The translations under genes and the position numbers were made by a program. From a virus (lineage: Duplodnaviria; Caudoviricetes), in IMG/VR virus record IMGVR_UViG_3300040985_000616, positions 1-39,074 of that record: a stretch of 39,074 bases of DNA, one strand, 5' to 3'. Each line of letters starts with the position of its first letter. Position 1 is the stretch's first letter. The notes under the pieces were generated by a model. The model saw nothing but the letters and a program-made list of their open reading frames with translations, searched no databases and was not told where the DNA came from. Shown in pieces: positions 16,064-26,300 of the stretch.

Positions 16064-16563
16064 TGTTATACCTTCAGCTTAAACAAGACGTTGTTCCTGC
16101 GAGCAGACCCCGCGTTACTAAGTGGGGAGTTTACTATGGGAAGAAATACACGGAGTATCGAAAGAACATCCATGTACCTATAGCGCAAGCAATCACGGAA
16201 GCAAAGGCTGAAGGTATATTACCTCTTAATAGTTCTCTACTCATTGCACAAATCTTTGAAGTGCAAAGACCGAAGACTACGAAACTCGACTACCCTAACC
16301 CTGACCTTGACAATTACAACAAGGCTCTATGGGATGCGCTTCAAACGCATGGGGTAATCGAGGACGATAAGAGAATCATAGCATCAATAGAAACAAAACG
16401 ATGGACAACAACAACACCAACAACTCACGTCTTGATTCAGACAGTAACTTTACAGGACATGAAGCCTGCCCAAGTTGCGAATCCTCAGACGCTCTTGCAA
16501 GATATGATGACGGGCATGGCTACTGCTTTAGCTGTAGTTACCACGAGCAAGAATCAGGAGTAG
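16063..16563 (+). CDS. rusA: RusA-family Holliday junction resolvase
   Basis: PASRPRV N-terminus; PDLDNYNKALWDAL and GVIEDD catalytic motifs. Confidence 0.85.
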   Translation: MLYLQLKQDVVPASRPRVTKWGVYYGKKYTEYRKNIHVPIAQAITEAKAEGILPLNSSLLIAQIFEVQRPKTTKLDYPNPDLDNYNKALWDALQTHGVIEDDKRIIASIETKRWTTTTPTTHVLIQTVTLQDMKPAQVANPQTLLQDMMTGMATALAVVTTSKNQE

Positions 16564-18038
16564 CTTCCGAGAAGCAACCCGAAGTCTCTAAGTCTTTAAT
16601 AGACAGAGAGTACCAAGCCATACCTAACCGTGGGCTAAACGAAGAGACCTGTAAGAAATGGGACTATGGTGTAACACTACATCATGGTAAGCCTATGCAG
16701 GTAGCGACGTACCGTAACGATGCAGGTGTACCGATAGCACAGAAGCTACGGATGCCTGACAAATCCTTTCAGATACTAGGCAACTCCAAGAAGATGGGGC
16801 TGTATGGTGAACACCTATGGCGAAGCGGTGGCAAGATGGTCACCGTAACTGAGGGAGAGATAGATGCTCTATCAGTCAGCCAACAGACAGGCAACAAGTG
16901 GGCTACCGTGTCCGTACCTAACGGTGCGCAGGGTGCGCATAAAGCTGTGGCTCGTAGCCTTGAGTGGCTAGAGACATTTGAATCTGTAGTGTTCATGTTC
17001 GATAACGATGAGGCAGGTCGAGCGGCGGCGGAGAAGTGTAGCCTCATGCTCTCAGTTGGTAAGGCTAAGATAGCTACGCTACCCTTGAAGGACGCTAACG
17101 AGATGTTAGTGGCAGGTCGAGGTAGTGAGATAGTGTCAGCCCAATGGGGTGCTAAACCTTTCAGACCTGATGGTGTTGTCTTAGGTGAAGACCTATGGGA
17201 ACAGGTGTCAGAGGTGGACGATTCAGAATCCTTCCCATATCCATGGGCAGGGATGAACGATAAGACTTACGGCATCCGCAAGGGTGAGCTAGTCACACTC
17301 ACATCAGGCACAGGCATAGGCAAGTCTAGCATCTGCCGAGAGATAGCACACCACCTGATAATCAATGACAAGAAGGTGGGCTACATCGCACTCGAAGAAA
17401 GCGTGGCGCGTACTGCTAAGGGTATCATGGGTATCTCACTCAACCTACCTATTCATATACATGGTACTGATGTAGGGATGGAGCAACTACATGATGCGTT
17501 CCAAGCTACGATGGGGACAGGTAACTGTGTACTGTATGACCACTTCGGTTCGATGGACTCCGACCACCTACTAGGCAAGATAAGATACATGGTGAAGGCT
17601 CTCGATGTAGAGTATGTATTCCTTGACCACATATCTATCATGGTATCAGGGTATGAAGATGGCGATGAGCGTAGGCGCATTGATAATATTATGACTAAGC
17701 TACGCTCTCTTGTAGAAGAGGTAGGTATAGCACTCATCCTAGTATCACACCTCAAGCGACCTGAAGGTAAGGCTCACGAAGAGGGAGCGAAGACTAGCTT
17801 GGCACAGCTAAGAGGTAGCGCGTCGCTAGGTCAGCTATCAGATTTAGTTCTTGGATTCGAGAGAGACCAACAAGCTGAAGATGAAGCTGATGTAACTACC
17901 GTTAGAGTTCTGAAGAATAGATACTCAGGGGAGACAGGTGTGAACTGTACCTTGCGTTACTCTAAAGAAACAGGTAGACTTAAAGAGACTGACTCCATAT
18001 CTCATGTAGCTAGAGAGCAAGCGATGTATGCAAGATAG
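16401..18038 (+). CDS. DNA primase/helicase (T7 gp4-like)
   Basis: CPSC...CFSC zinc ribbon, EGEIDA TOPRIM, SGTGIGKS Walker A, DHISI, LRGS. Confidence 0.97.
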   Translation: MDNNNTNNSRLDSDSNFTGHEACPSCESSDALARYDDGHGYCFSCSYHEQESGVASEKQPEVSKSLIDREYQAIPNRGLNEETCKKWDYGVTLHHGKPMQVATYRNDAGVPIAQKLRMPDKSFQILGNSKKMGLYGEHLWRSGGKMVTVTEGEIDALSVSQQTGNKWATVSVPNGAQGAHKAVARSLEWLETFESVVFMFDNDEAGRAAAEKCSLMLSVGKAKIATLPLKDANEMLVAGRGSEIVSAQWGAKPFRPDGVVLGEDLWEQVSEVDDSESFPYPWAGMNDKTYGIRKGELVTLTSGTGIGKSSICREIAHHLIINDKKVGYIALEESVARTAKGIMGISLNLPIHIHGTDVGMEQLHDAFQATMGTGNCVLYDHFGSMDSDHLLGKIRYMVKALDVEYVFLDHISIMVSGYEDGDERRRIDNIMTKLRSLVEEVGIALILVSHLKRPEGKAHEEGAKTSLAQLRGSASLGQLSDLVLGFERDQQAEDEADVTTVRVLKNRYSGETGVNCTLRYSKETGRLKETDSISHVAREQAMYAR

Positions 18039-19989
18039 TCTCTCTTACACTACAAGACCTATGGAAAAGATTAACCTACATCCACGCGAAAACGCACAGC
18101 CGTTCCGTCCGTCATACAAGATGGACTTGATGGCATTCAACAAACCAAGACCTGACCTAATAGAAACAATGGGACAATTAAAAGAACAAACAAACGACAC
18201 CTTCATCTTCGATATGGAGACTGATGGATTACTAGATGAGTGTACTAAGATACACTGCATCGCTCTAACCACACCAAACGGTGACACATCTCTGTTCGCA
18301 CAGGATGATGTACCAATGGCACTACACCACCTAGCTAACGCTGAGTGTATCGTAGGTCACAACATACTAGGCTTTGACCTGCCTGCTATAAAGAAGATAT
18401 ACCCTGCTTGGCAGACGCAAGCTAGGGTGCGGGATACCTTAGTTATGTCTCGTCTAGCTTACCCGAACCTGATGGATATAGACTACCTAGCTGAGAAGAT
18501 ACCTAAACAGTATCGTGGGTCACACGCTCTCAAGGCGTGGGGCTACAGGCTAGACTCCTTGAAGGGAGACTTCAGCCACGAGGATACTGATTGGACGGCA
18601 TATTCGCTAGACATGGGCGATTACTGCGTACAAGATACAATCGTAACCTTACACCTAGCGAGTAAGCTCAATGACTTAGAGATGAGCAACCGTAGCATCG
18701 TACTAGAGCATGAGTTTGCTTCTGCTCTACTGAAGATGGAGAGTAATGGTGTGGGTTTCGATACCGAAGCCTGCGCTAAACTATACGCTGACCTCCTCAC
18801 CGAGAAGGATATAGTGTTGAAGGAAATTGCAAAGGTGTTTCCTCCCGTCACGGTAGACACTAAGACCGTAGCCTATTGGTTAGATGCTGAGGGTAATAAG
18901 TATCGGGTCAAGTCCGATGCTCCTTACAACATCAGGCAAGCCCTGACTAAAGGTCCTCTCAAGACTAAGGAGAAACACTTCAACCCCAACAGCAGACAGC
19001 AGATAGCTGAGGCATTCATAATCAAACATGATTGGATACCTACTGAGTTCTCCCCTACAGGTAAGCCCCGTGTCGATGAGGATATACTGAACGGGCTAGA
19101 CTATCCTGAAGCTGAGTTGATAGCTAGATACATGATGCTATGCAAGCGCATAGGTCAGGTAGCTGAGGGTGATAACGCATGGCTCAAGTTAGAGAAGGAT
19201 GGTAGGATACATGGGCGCATCAATCACAACGGTGCGCTATCAGGTAGATGTACACATAGCACACCTAACATGAGTCAAGTACCTGCGGTACGGGCTGAGT
19301 TCGGTGAGGCGTGTCGCTCTATCTTCAACGTCCGTGAGGGATACAAGATGGTAGGTGCAGACATGAGTGGCTTAGAGCTACGCTGTCTCGCTCACTATAT
19401 GCACGATTGGGATGATGGTGAGTATGTTAATGAGATACTATCAGGTGACATACATACACTCAACCAATGGGCGGCAGGATTAGATACCCGTGACCAAGCT
19501 AAGACTTTCATCTACGCCTTCCTCTACGGGGCAGGTAATGCAAAGATAGGTGAGATAGTAGAGCGTGGTGAGGGGGCAGGTCGTGCCTTACGAGGTAGAT
19601 TCCTCAAGTCTATCCCTGCCCTTGGCTCTCTCATCAAAGAGGTGAAGGGTGTGGCTAACAAGAGAGGGTGGTTGCGTGGGCTAGACGGCAGGAAGTTACC
19701 TGTACGCTCTGAACACTCAGCTCTGAACCTACTGATGCAATCAACAGGAGCTATCCTGATGAAGCAAGCTACAGTTAATCTAATGAAAGCTATTGACACG
19801 GAGGGATTAGATGCTAAACTAGTACTCCATGTCCACGACGAGGTACAGCTAGAGGTTATAGAATCTCAAGCAGAACGAGTCGGACAACTTGCAGTATCAG
19901 CAATGATACACGCAGGGAAACAATTCAACATTCATTGTCCGATGGACGGTGAGTATAAACTAGGAAACAATTGGGCTGAAACCCACTAA
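18028..19989 (+). CDS. Family A DNA polymerase with 3'-5' exonuclease (T7 gp5-like)
   Basis: FDMETDGL, GHNILGFD, ADMSGLELR, AKTFIYAFLYG, VHDEVQ; true start may be ATG 18169. Confidence 0.97.
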   Translation: MQDSLSYTTRPMEKINLHPRENAQPFRPSYKMDLMAFNKPRPDLIETMGQLKEQTNDTFIFDMETDGLLDECTKIHCIALTTPNGDTSLFAQDDVPMALHHLANAECIVGHNILGFDLPAIKKIYPAWQTQARVRDTLVMSRLAYPNLMDIDYLAEKIPKQYRGSHALKAWGYRLDSLKGDFSHEDTDWTAYSLDMGDYCVQDTIVTLHLASKLNDLEMSNRSIVLEHEFASALLKMESNGVGFDTEACAKLYADLLTEKDIVLKEIAKVFPPVTVDTKTVAYWLDAEGNKYRVKSDAPYNIRQALTKGPLKTKEKHFNPNSRQQIAEAFIIKHDWIPTEFSPTGKPRVDEDILNGLDYPEAELIARYMMLCKRIGQVAEGDNAWLKLEKDGRIHGRINHNGALSGRCTHSTPNMSQVPAVRAEFGEACRSIFNVREGYKMVGADMSGLELRCLAHYMHDWDDGEYVNEILSGDIHTLNQWAAGLDTRDQAKTFIYAFLYGAGNAKIGEIVERGEGAGRALRGRFLKSIPALGSLIKEVKGVANKRGWLRGLDGRKLPVRSEHSALNLLMQSTGAILMKQATVNLMKAIDTEGLDAKLVLHVHDEVQLEVIESQAERVGQLAVSAMIHAGKQFNIHCPMDGEYKLGNNWAETH

Positions 19990-19993
19990 CACA

Positions 19994-20233
19994 ATGAAAC
20001 CAATCAAGACAATAGAGACCGAGACTTATTGTTACCCTTCTGCACCTGACCAATATGATGAGGTACAGTTCGCACTCTACGCTGACGGAGATGTCATCGT
20101 CAAGGGTGCAGAGGGTGACGCAATCATAAACGTAGATGAACTAAAGGAAACTGTGGATGCGCTACACATGGCATACCATATACACCTTGAAGACCAACGA
20201 TTCATGGAAAGGATGAGTGACATCGAATGTTAA
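19994..20233 (+). CDS. Hypothetical protein
   Basis: 79-aa ORF starting 4 nt after the polymerase stop. Confidence 0.7.
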   Translation: MKPIKTIETETYCYPSAPDQYDEVQFALYADGDVIVKGAEGDAIINVDELKETVDALHMAYHIHLEDQRFMERMSDIEC

Positions 20234-20241
20234 TAATATCC

Positions 20242-20269
20242 TTGACAACCATTACAACCACACTATAAT
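20242..20269 (+). promoter_or_regulatory. Consensus sigma70 promoter
   Basis: TTGACA-16 bp-TATAAT. Confidence 0.75.
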
Positions 20270-20275
20270 ATAATT

Positions 20276-20521
20276 ATGTTTTACCCTGAAGAAATTACAA
20301 ACGAGCAACAAGCTAAAGATTGGGCGTTCAACCCTGATTGGAAGCCTTCCCCTGTTAATGAAACCCGTGAAGAGTACGATGAGAGGCTTGCAGATAAGCC
20401 TGCCAAGATGCGTGACCACCATTGGGGTTACTACAAATGGATTGAAAGGATGTCAGATATGACACCTGAAGAACGACTACAATCGTGGAAGGACTTTCAA
20501 GAGGACTCACCTAAGTCTTGA
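20276..20521 (+). CDS. Hypothetical Trp-rich protein (81 aa)
   Basis: ORF filling the gap directly after a promoter. Confidence 0.7.
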   Translation: MFYPEEITNEQQAKDWAFNPDWKPSPVNETREEYDERLADKPAKMRDHHWGYYKWIERMSDMTPEERLQSWKDFQEDSPKS

Positions 20522-20539
20522 TGCTAACCATTAGAAACA

Positions 20540-21286
20540 ATGCAAGATAACTTACCACTACTAATTATAGATGCCGATGTGCCTCTCTATAAAGCATCCT
20601 TCGCCTCTGAGATAGAGACTGATTGGGGAGATGACCTATGGACTCTCCACTCAGACATAGGCACAGCAAAGGAAATCTTTGAACAAGAGATTGAAGCTAT
20701 CAGGGCAGAGTTCCCCGATGACTTCCCTATATTGCTATGCTTCTCAGGTAACGATAACTTCCGCAAGGAGTTACTACCTACCTACAAAGCTAACCGTAAG
20801 AAGAACCGTAAGCCTCTAGTGCTAAAGCCTTTGAAGGAGTGGGCGAAGAAGACCTACGAATCTATGACTGTTGATAGACTAGAAGCTGATGACCTGCTAG
20901 GTCTCCTCTCTAATGAGGGTATCATGGTGTCAATCGACAAAGACTTACGCACAGTTTCAGGCTTACATTACAACCCCAACTACCCTGAAGATGGTATAGT
21001 AGAAGTAACAGAAGATGAAGCACACTACAACCATATGTACCAAACCTTATGCGGTGACTCTACCGATGGCTACAAGGGATGCCCTTCCATTGGACCTAAG
21101 ACAGCCGCGAAGATACTTGACGTACCTCCTAAAGATATGTGGGTAGCTGTATTGGAAGCCTTCGCACAGAAGGGCATCTCTTATGATGATGCTCTAGTAC
21201 AGGCTCAAGTTGCCCGCATCTTGCGAGGTGAGGAGTACGACTTTAAGACAGATACTACAAACCTATGGAGTCCTGAAGATGAATAG
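20540..21286 (+). CDS. 5'-3' exonuclease (T7 gp6-like)
   Basis: IIDAD, NFRK...YKANRK, LEADDLLG, SIDKDL, GDSTDGYKGCPSIG. Confidence 0.95.
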   Translation: MQDNLPLLIIDADVPLYKASFASEIETDWGDDLWTLHSDIGTAKEIFEQEIEAIRAEFPDDFPILLCFSGNDNFRKELLPTYKANRKKNRKPLVLKPLKEWAKKTYESMTVDRLEADDLLGLLSNEGIMVSIDKDLRTVSGLHYNPNYPEDGIVEVTEDEAHYNHMYQTLCGDSTDGYKGCPSIGPKTAAKILDVPPKDMWVAVLEAFAQKGISYDDALVQAQVARILRGEEYDFKTDTTNLWSPEDE

Positions 21287-21701
21287 ACCTGAACACATAC
21301 GTCTTCTCGGTGTATCAATACCCTTGATTGTTTCTAGCAGTAAGTCCGTAGACCCTGAAGAGGAAGTCTACGGCGTGTGGGACCCCAATGATATGACCAT
21401 CACTCTTAATAGCGACTGTGAACCTGTTCAGGAGAGGGTCACGGTTATGCACGAGTTAGTCCATGCGATTGATGACTTCCTGTACCTAGAGATGACGCAT
21501 CAGGAAGTATATATCCTGAGCCAAGTACTCTATCAGGTCCTCATTGATAATCCACAGCTTACGGATTACCTTATGTTTGTTCCTACATCTACACCTAAGA
21601 AGACTTCTTTCGATTCGTCAGTAGCTTCCGTAAGGCAGACGGATTGGGAAGCAACCAAAGCAAAAGGCAGACCAAAGCCACCGACCAAGCGTTGTCGATA
21701 A
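21279..21701 (+). CDS. Zincin-like HExxH metallopeptidase
   Basis: YGVWD...ITLN...TVMHELVHAI; likely start ATG 21279. Confidence 0.7.
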   Translation: MNRPEHIRLLGVSIPLIVSSSKSVDPEEEVYGVWDPNDMTITLNSDCEPVQERVTVMHELVHAIDDFLYLEMTHQEVYILSQVLYQVLIDNPQLTDYLMFVPTSTPKKTSFDSSVASVRQTDWEATKAKGRPKPPTKRCR

Positions 21702-21909
21702 GCACGGCGAGTAGTCCATAGGCATTATCAACTTGCTCTTGAACTACAGTTGCCCCATCCCCCACGATAATATCAGGGTCACTATCCAACAGTAATGTGG
21801 TAGTGGTACCTGCTACTACGCCGATAAGTCCTGCTTCTAAAGGAGCAAGCGCACAGGCTATAGGGAACATAAAGAGTAATAGAATATAGAGGCGTAGGTT
21901 TTTATACAT
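21595..21909 (-). CDS. Putative lipoprotein with C-terminal transmembrane helix
   Basis: Signal-like N-terminus ending FPIAC, second hydrophobic segment, basic tail; TAATG-coupled. Confidence 0.65.
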   Translation of the reverse strand: MYKNLRLYILLLFMFPIACALAPLEAGLIGVVAGTTTTLLLDSDPDIIVGDGATVVQEQVDNAYGLLAVLIDNAWSVALVCLLLWLLPNPSALRKLLTNRKKSS

Positions 21910-23099
21910 TATGTGTTGTTCTCGAAGACCACAAAGCTTACCGACTCAGAAGCATCTGAAAGGTTAGAACCATTGTCGCGGAGGGCTATGTTGAAACCTG
22001 TGGTGGCGTGGGTACTTGTCATAGCAACCATTTCTATAGAACTAGACTCATCCACCGTTGCTATAACAGTGTAGTTTGCTGTGGTCATGTCGGTATCAAT
22101 AACGACAGAGTAAAGTCCTGTAGCTGCTCTCGATACTGACGCTACGTTATAGCTAGTAGCAAACAACGATGGTGTAGCTTCTGTAGTAAAGCGACCAAAC
22201 GCTTTAGGGATGAACTCCATCTTAGCTTCTAGCGAAGTGATGCGAGCTTCGTACCCTGATAATCCAACAGGCAGTGCGGCAACAGCGGCGGCGTCTGCGG
22301 ATGGGTAGGTTACTTTAGCGTTATTAGTAGCTACGTTAGACTCAATAGTGTCTAGGTCTACAGCTTGTGTAATAGTGAGGAACCCTACCTTAGCTGAATC
22401 AGCAGAAGGGTATGAGTTCTTAGCATCTAAAGCCGCCTGTAGTCCTGTAGTATCCGCTATAACTAAATCTCTAGCCTCTACTTGGTTACTACTATCGCCG
22501 ATGAATACATGACCGTCATCTAAGTTCGGTGTAGCGTTCGTGCGTCCCGCACCACCTACTTTGATAGTACCGTTAGAGCTGTGCAATCGCTCAACATAAC
22601 CTATGTTTTGAATTAGATTAGCTTCTCCACCGTGTGCTACATTGGTTAAAGCTCCCGCTGTTGTAGAAGATATATATAACGTATCACCTAAAGCCCAACC
22701 CGCATAGTCAGTCTTTAATCCTTTAAGGCTACCGAAGGTTACTATATCTAGGTTGTTATTATCAGCCGCATCCGTTGCCGCTAGACCAAAGGCGGGCATA
22801 GTGGCGGCATTACTAGCATCTGCTAAACCTACTTCAGGTGTGTTACCTGATATTCCTGAGATGTATATCGCCTGACCCTCGGTAATATCAGCGCCTGAAC
22901 GGTTTTTAGCTTCAAACCGTATAGGACCGTTGAGTGGTCCGATGAAGTCAGTGGCAGTTACCGTACCTGTAAACTCAGCATCTACTCCTGTGAATAGAAT
23001 CTCATTAGCATCTAAAAAGATTTTGTTTGCGTCCAACTTAGACCTGTTGTCCATAATCTGACGCTGTAACTTAACTTCGTTGTGTCTATCGTAAGGCAT
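21909..23099 (-). CDS. Tail fibre-like / virion fibre protein
   Basis: gp17 position; Ala/Thr/Gly-rich, repeated YPSAD segments, short coiled coil, beta-rich C-terminal domain. Confidence 0.65.
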   Translation of the reverse strand: MPYDRHNEVKLQRQIMDNRSKLDANKIFLDANEILFTGVDAEFTGTVTATDFIGPLNGPIRFEAKNRSGADITEGQAIYISGISGNTPEVGLADASNAATMPAFGLAATDAADNNNLDIVTFGSLKGLKTDYAGWALGDTLYISSTTAGALTNVAHGGEANLIQNIGYVERLHSSNGTIKVGGAGRTNATPNLDDGHVFIGDSSNQVEARDLVIADTTGLQAALDAKNSYPSADSAKVGFLTITQAVDLDTIESNVATNNAKVTYPSADAAAVAALPVGLSGYEARITSLEAKMEFIPKAFGRFTTEATPSLFATSYNVASVSRAATGLYSVVIDTDMTTANYTVIATVDESSSIEMVAMTSTHATTGFNIALRDNGSNLSDASESVSFVVFENNT

Positions 23100-23311
23100 T
23101 AGCGAGATAGATAAGCAACAGCGGCACTGATTGCTGTGGATAGTATAGCTACTGCACCTATCAGGGCAGAGCGGGAGTTCTCTAGTTCACGTAGGCGTTC
23201 ATCATGCTTCTGAATCATATCGTTGTGGGCATTGGTGATTGCTATCAAAGCATCCATCTTGCCCTCAAGTCTGCCGATAGCTACGAGTATATCTCTGTCG
23301 TTAGTTGTCAT
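23099..23311 (-). CDS. Small coiled-coil plus C-terminal TM protein (holin/XhlA-like)
   Basis: IGRLEGKMD...RLRELE followed by a hydrophobic helix. Confidence 0.6.
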   Translation of the reverse strand: MTTNDRDILVAIGRLEGKMDALIAITNAHNDMIQKHDERLRELENSRSALIGAVAILSTAISAAVAYLSR

Positions 23312-26300
23312 TATTCTTCTTCTTTCTCAGGCATCATATCAATCATCTTACCGTACACAGAGGATACTAAAGGTACGTTCTGAGCAAACGCTATACGACG
23401 GGCTACTCTACCGTTCTCCTCTGTGAATGCGTCCCCTGCAATGAGGTTCTGCAACAGCTTAGGCGGTGAAAGTAGTAGAGAACCAACAGGTGTGTTATCA
23501 AAGTTTAATCCTGTACTCATACCACGTCCACGACGGTACGGATTCAGAGGCTCCAAGCCTGCGACAGTCATTATATCATCTACAACACCGCCCGTATTTG
23601 CATACCAACCTGAGCGGGCAATCGCTCCCTTCGCTAACTCCTCCATCGTCATGTACTCAGCTAACTTCTCAGGGTCGTGACCATACTTATTACCCATGAT
23701 ACCCATGAAACTTATCATACCGAAAAAGGTATTCATCATAAAGCTACCTACTCCGCGTCTGTCTCTTGCGTGTAGGTTAGCCATCAACTGAGTTTCTAAA
23801 GAACCCATGCCAAAGAATCTAAACTGAAACAATGTTCTCATTAAAGGGTTCTGCGCCCAATGAGGAATGTTACCTTCATGTGATTGGTGGATTACTTTCT
23901 GAGTATGTAGGTAGATAGCGTTCCGTAGTGAGTGACCTGCTGCCTGACCTTCTGCACCTTCCCATTTATCTATATTCATAAGACGTAGCTTGTGTAAGCC
24001 GCCACTATAGGATGCGTGTTTCTTCAACATACTCATAATCACTTCAGACTCCGCAGTAGTTAGTCCTATCGCCGCTAGTCGTCTTGGGTTATAGGGAGCT
24101 TTACCTGAAAGAGATGAGTTAAGTAGATGCTGTACAAACAAGGAAGCGGTGTATTGACGCTGAATAGCATCAAGTGGAATTAGACCACCATACGTAAGTA
24201 CCTTCTGCTGAGCGTTACCTGCAAAGTTTTCAAATGCAGACATATGTTCTGATTTACCCATCGGGTAATGCTCAAACATAGTAGCAACTTGACGGAAAGC
24301 CTTACCATCTGTGCCTACACCTGTAAGCGTTGCGATTTCTCGCTGTAATCCTTTAGGTACTTCGCCTCGTGAGTAGGCTCTTATAATAGGTCCAAGGTCT
24401 CCAAGGTGTGCCGCCCATGCTTTAATAGATGAGTGAGCTAGGGGTTGTCCCAACTCAGCAACGCCTGCAATACCAAAACTACCACCATAGACGGCTCCTG
24501 ATATTTTCTGAAGAACACGGGATAGAGTTGTAAGCTCTCCCTGCTTACCAAACGCACGACCACGAACAGCCGCTTCCATACGTTGTAGTGCTGACTCCGC
24601 TTTCGTTATCTCGTTAATCGAGCGACCTTGTAATCCCATGTCCCGCTGAATAAACTCCCACATATCTTTAGTAGATGCAGGGTTTGGGTTAGCCTTGTTG
24701 GATAGCCCACGCATTTCATTGAACCTTAGTCCTATATCACGCCACTCAATAGCACCGTTTGCATTCCTCACATAAGTTTGAATTACTCGGTGAGTGTTGT
24801 TATCGAAGAAGTCTGTTAAGGCTACCCTATTCGTTACACCTTTAGCGTTCACCATGTCTACTGAGAAACCCTCATCCATTAAGAGACGGTGGTGATTGAA
24901 TCCCTCGGTCTTAGCCTCTCTATTTAAGCGGGTCTTATCGAGGATGTTTTTAATGTGATGCTCAGGAGTCTTAATCAACTCTAGGTAATCACGAAGAGTT
25001 TGACCTGAGTGTTCACCTAAGAAACCATTGCTTCGGTAATCTACTGACGTACCACGCTTGTGTATGTTACTCATCCACGCACGTCCAAGGAACTGAGACT
25101 CCTCAACAGTCATTAGGTCTTGCTTTAACTCTACTGCTTTAGCGTTGTGCGCCTTGAGTATAGCGGGGGATACAAGTTCATCAGCTAATTTATTAGAGCC
25201 ATACTCCCCCTCAGTCTTATATTCTTTTATAGCTTTAATTACTTTGGTTGTATTTATTTTACGGGGGAAGTAGTTAGCTTCTTTATAAGGAGCTTCTATT
25301 AAACCCGAATCTACTAACCTCTTCTCCATAGCCTTTAAGGAAGACCGTGCCGCCTTAGCCGCCGCAAGAACATTAGGGTCTTTACCCTTGTATATACCAC
25401 GTAACACCTTTGATACTTCTTCTCCGAAGAGTTCTTCTGCACGGTTTATCATTGTGTCAAACGTGCTAGAGTTTGCCTTCTTCCATGCCTTCTCTGCGTG
25501 ACCGTACAGTTCCCCATTACGAGAGAACAAGGCATTGGTCTCCATGTGCGCCTTGGATATAGCAGTCATATTCACAGGCTCCATTGCCCCTGTCACAGGG
25601 TTACGTTTTGGCATTGAATCTTGTAGGACATTCCCTCCAATCCAACGCAATGCGCCGTGTGTTTCGAGAGTTCCCACCTCAGCAGTAAAGCTCATAGATA
25701 CTTTATTAAACCACTTACGGACAGGTTGCCAAACAATAGTTGCGGCTTTATCAAAACCACCCATAGCTACTGCATCAGATACAGGCTCAGGTTCAGGACC
25801 TTTAACTTCCTTAGTTTCAACTTTAGGAGCTTTTCCGCGGGAGGCTTTAGCCTTCGCCCCCAACTCTTTAGCGATAGCAAGTGCGCCATCATAGGCGTTC
25901 TCTCCTTTAACTAGCCTGCCTTTACCCGCAGTGTGAGCCATGTTAGGTTCGTAACTATAGAATACAACATCGGGCTTACCTCTTAGTATAGAATCTTTCG
26001 CGTTCCAACCTTTAGGGGCATACTCTACATTGAACTTAATACGAGCTACAGGCTTCCAACCAAGTTTCGCATAGAGTGGTTCAAGGTAGGTAGCGTAGGA
26101 CTCAGCGTGTGTTCCTCCGTACTTTTGTATCTGAGCGACGAATGCTTTAGTAGCTCCACCTCCTGCGTCAGGGTGACTGAACAGCCCTCCCATATAGCCG
26201 TCAGCTTTAATGTAACCACCCATCATTCCGTCTTTAGTTATGAGGAGTGTTCCTCCTTCATCTACTATAGCTCTTGCCTCTGCTTCCGTAACTGCGGATA

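Noticed and set aside
3909-21710. Inverted repeats at the two inversion junctions (active invertible segment)
   Set aside because: Only weak ACCAA/TTGGT similarity and no invertase gene, so the inversion looks fixed
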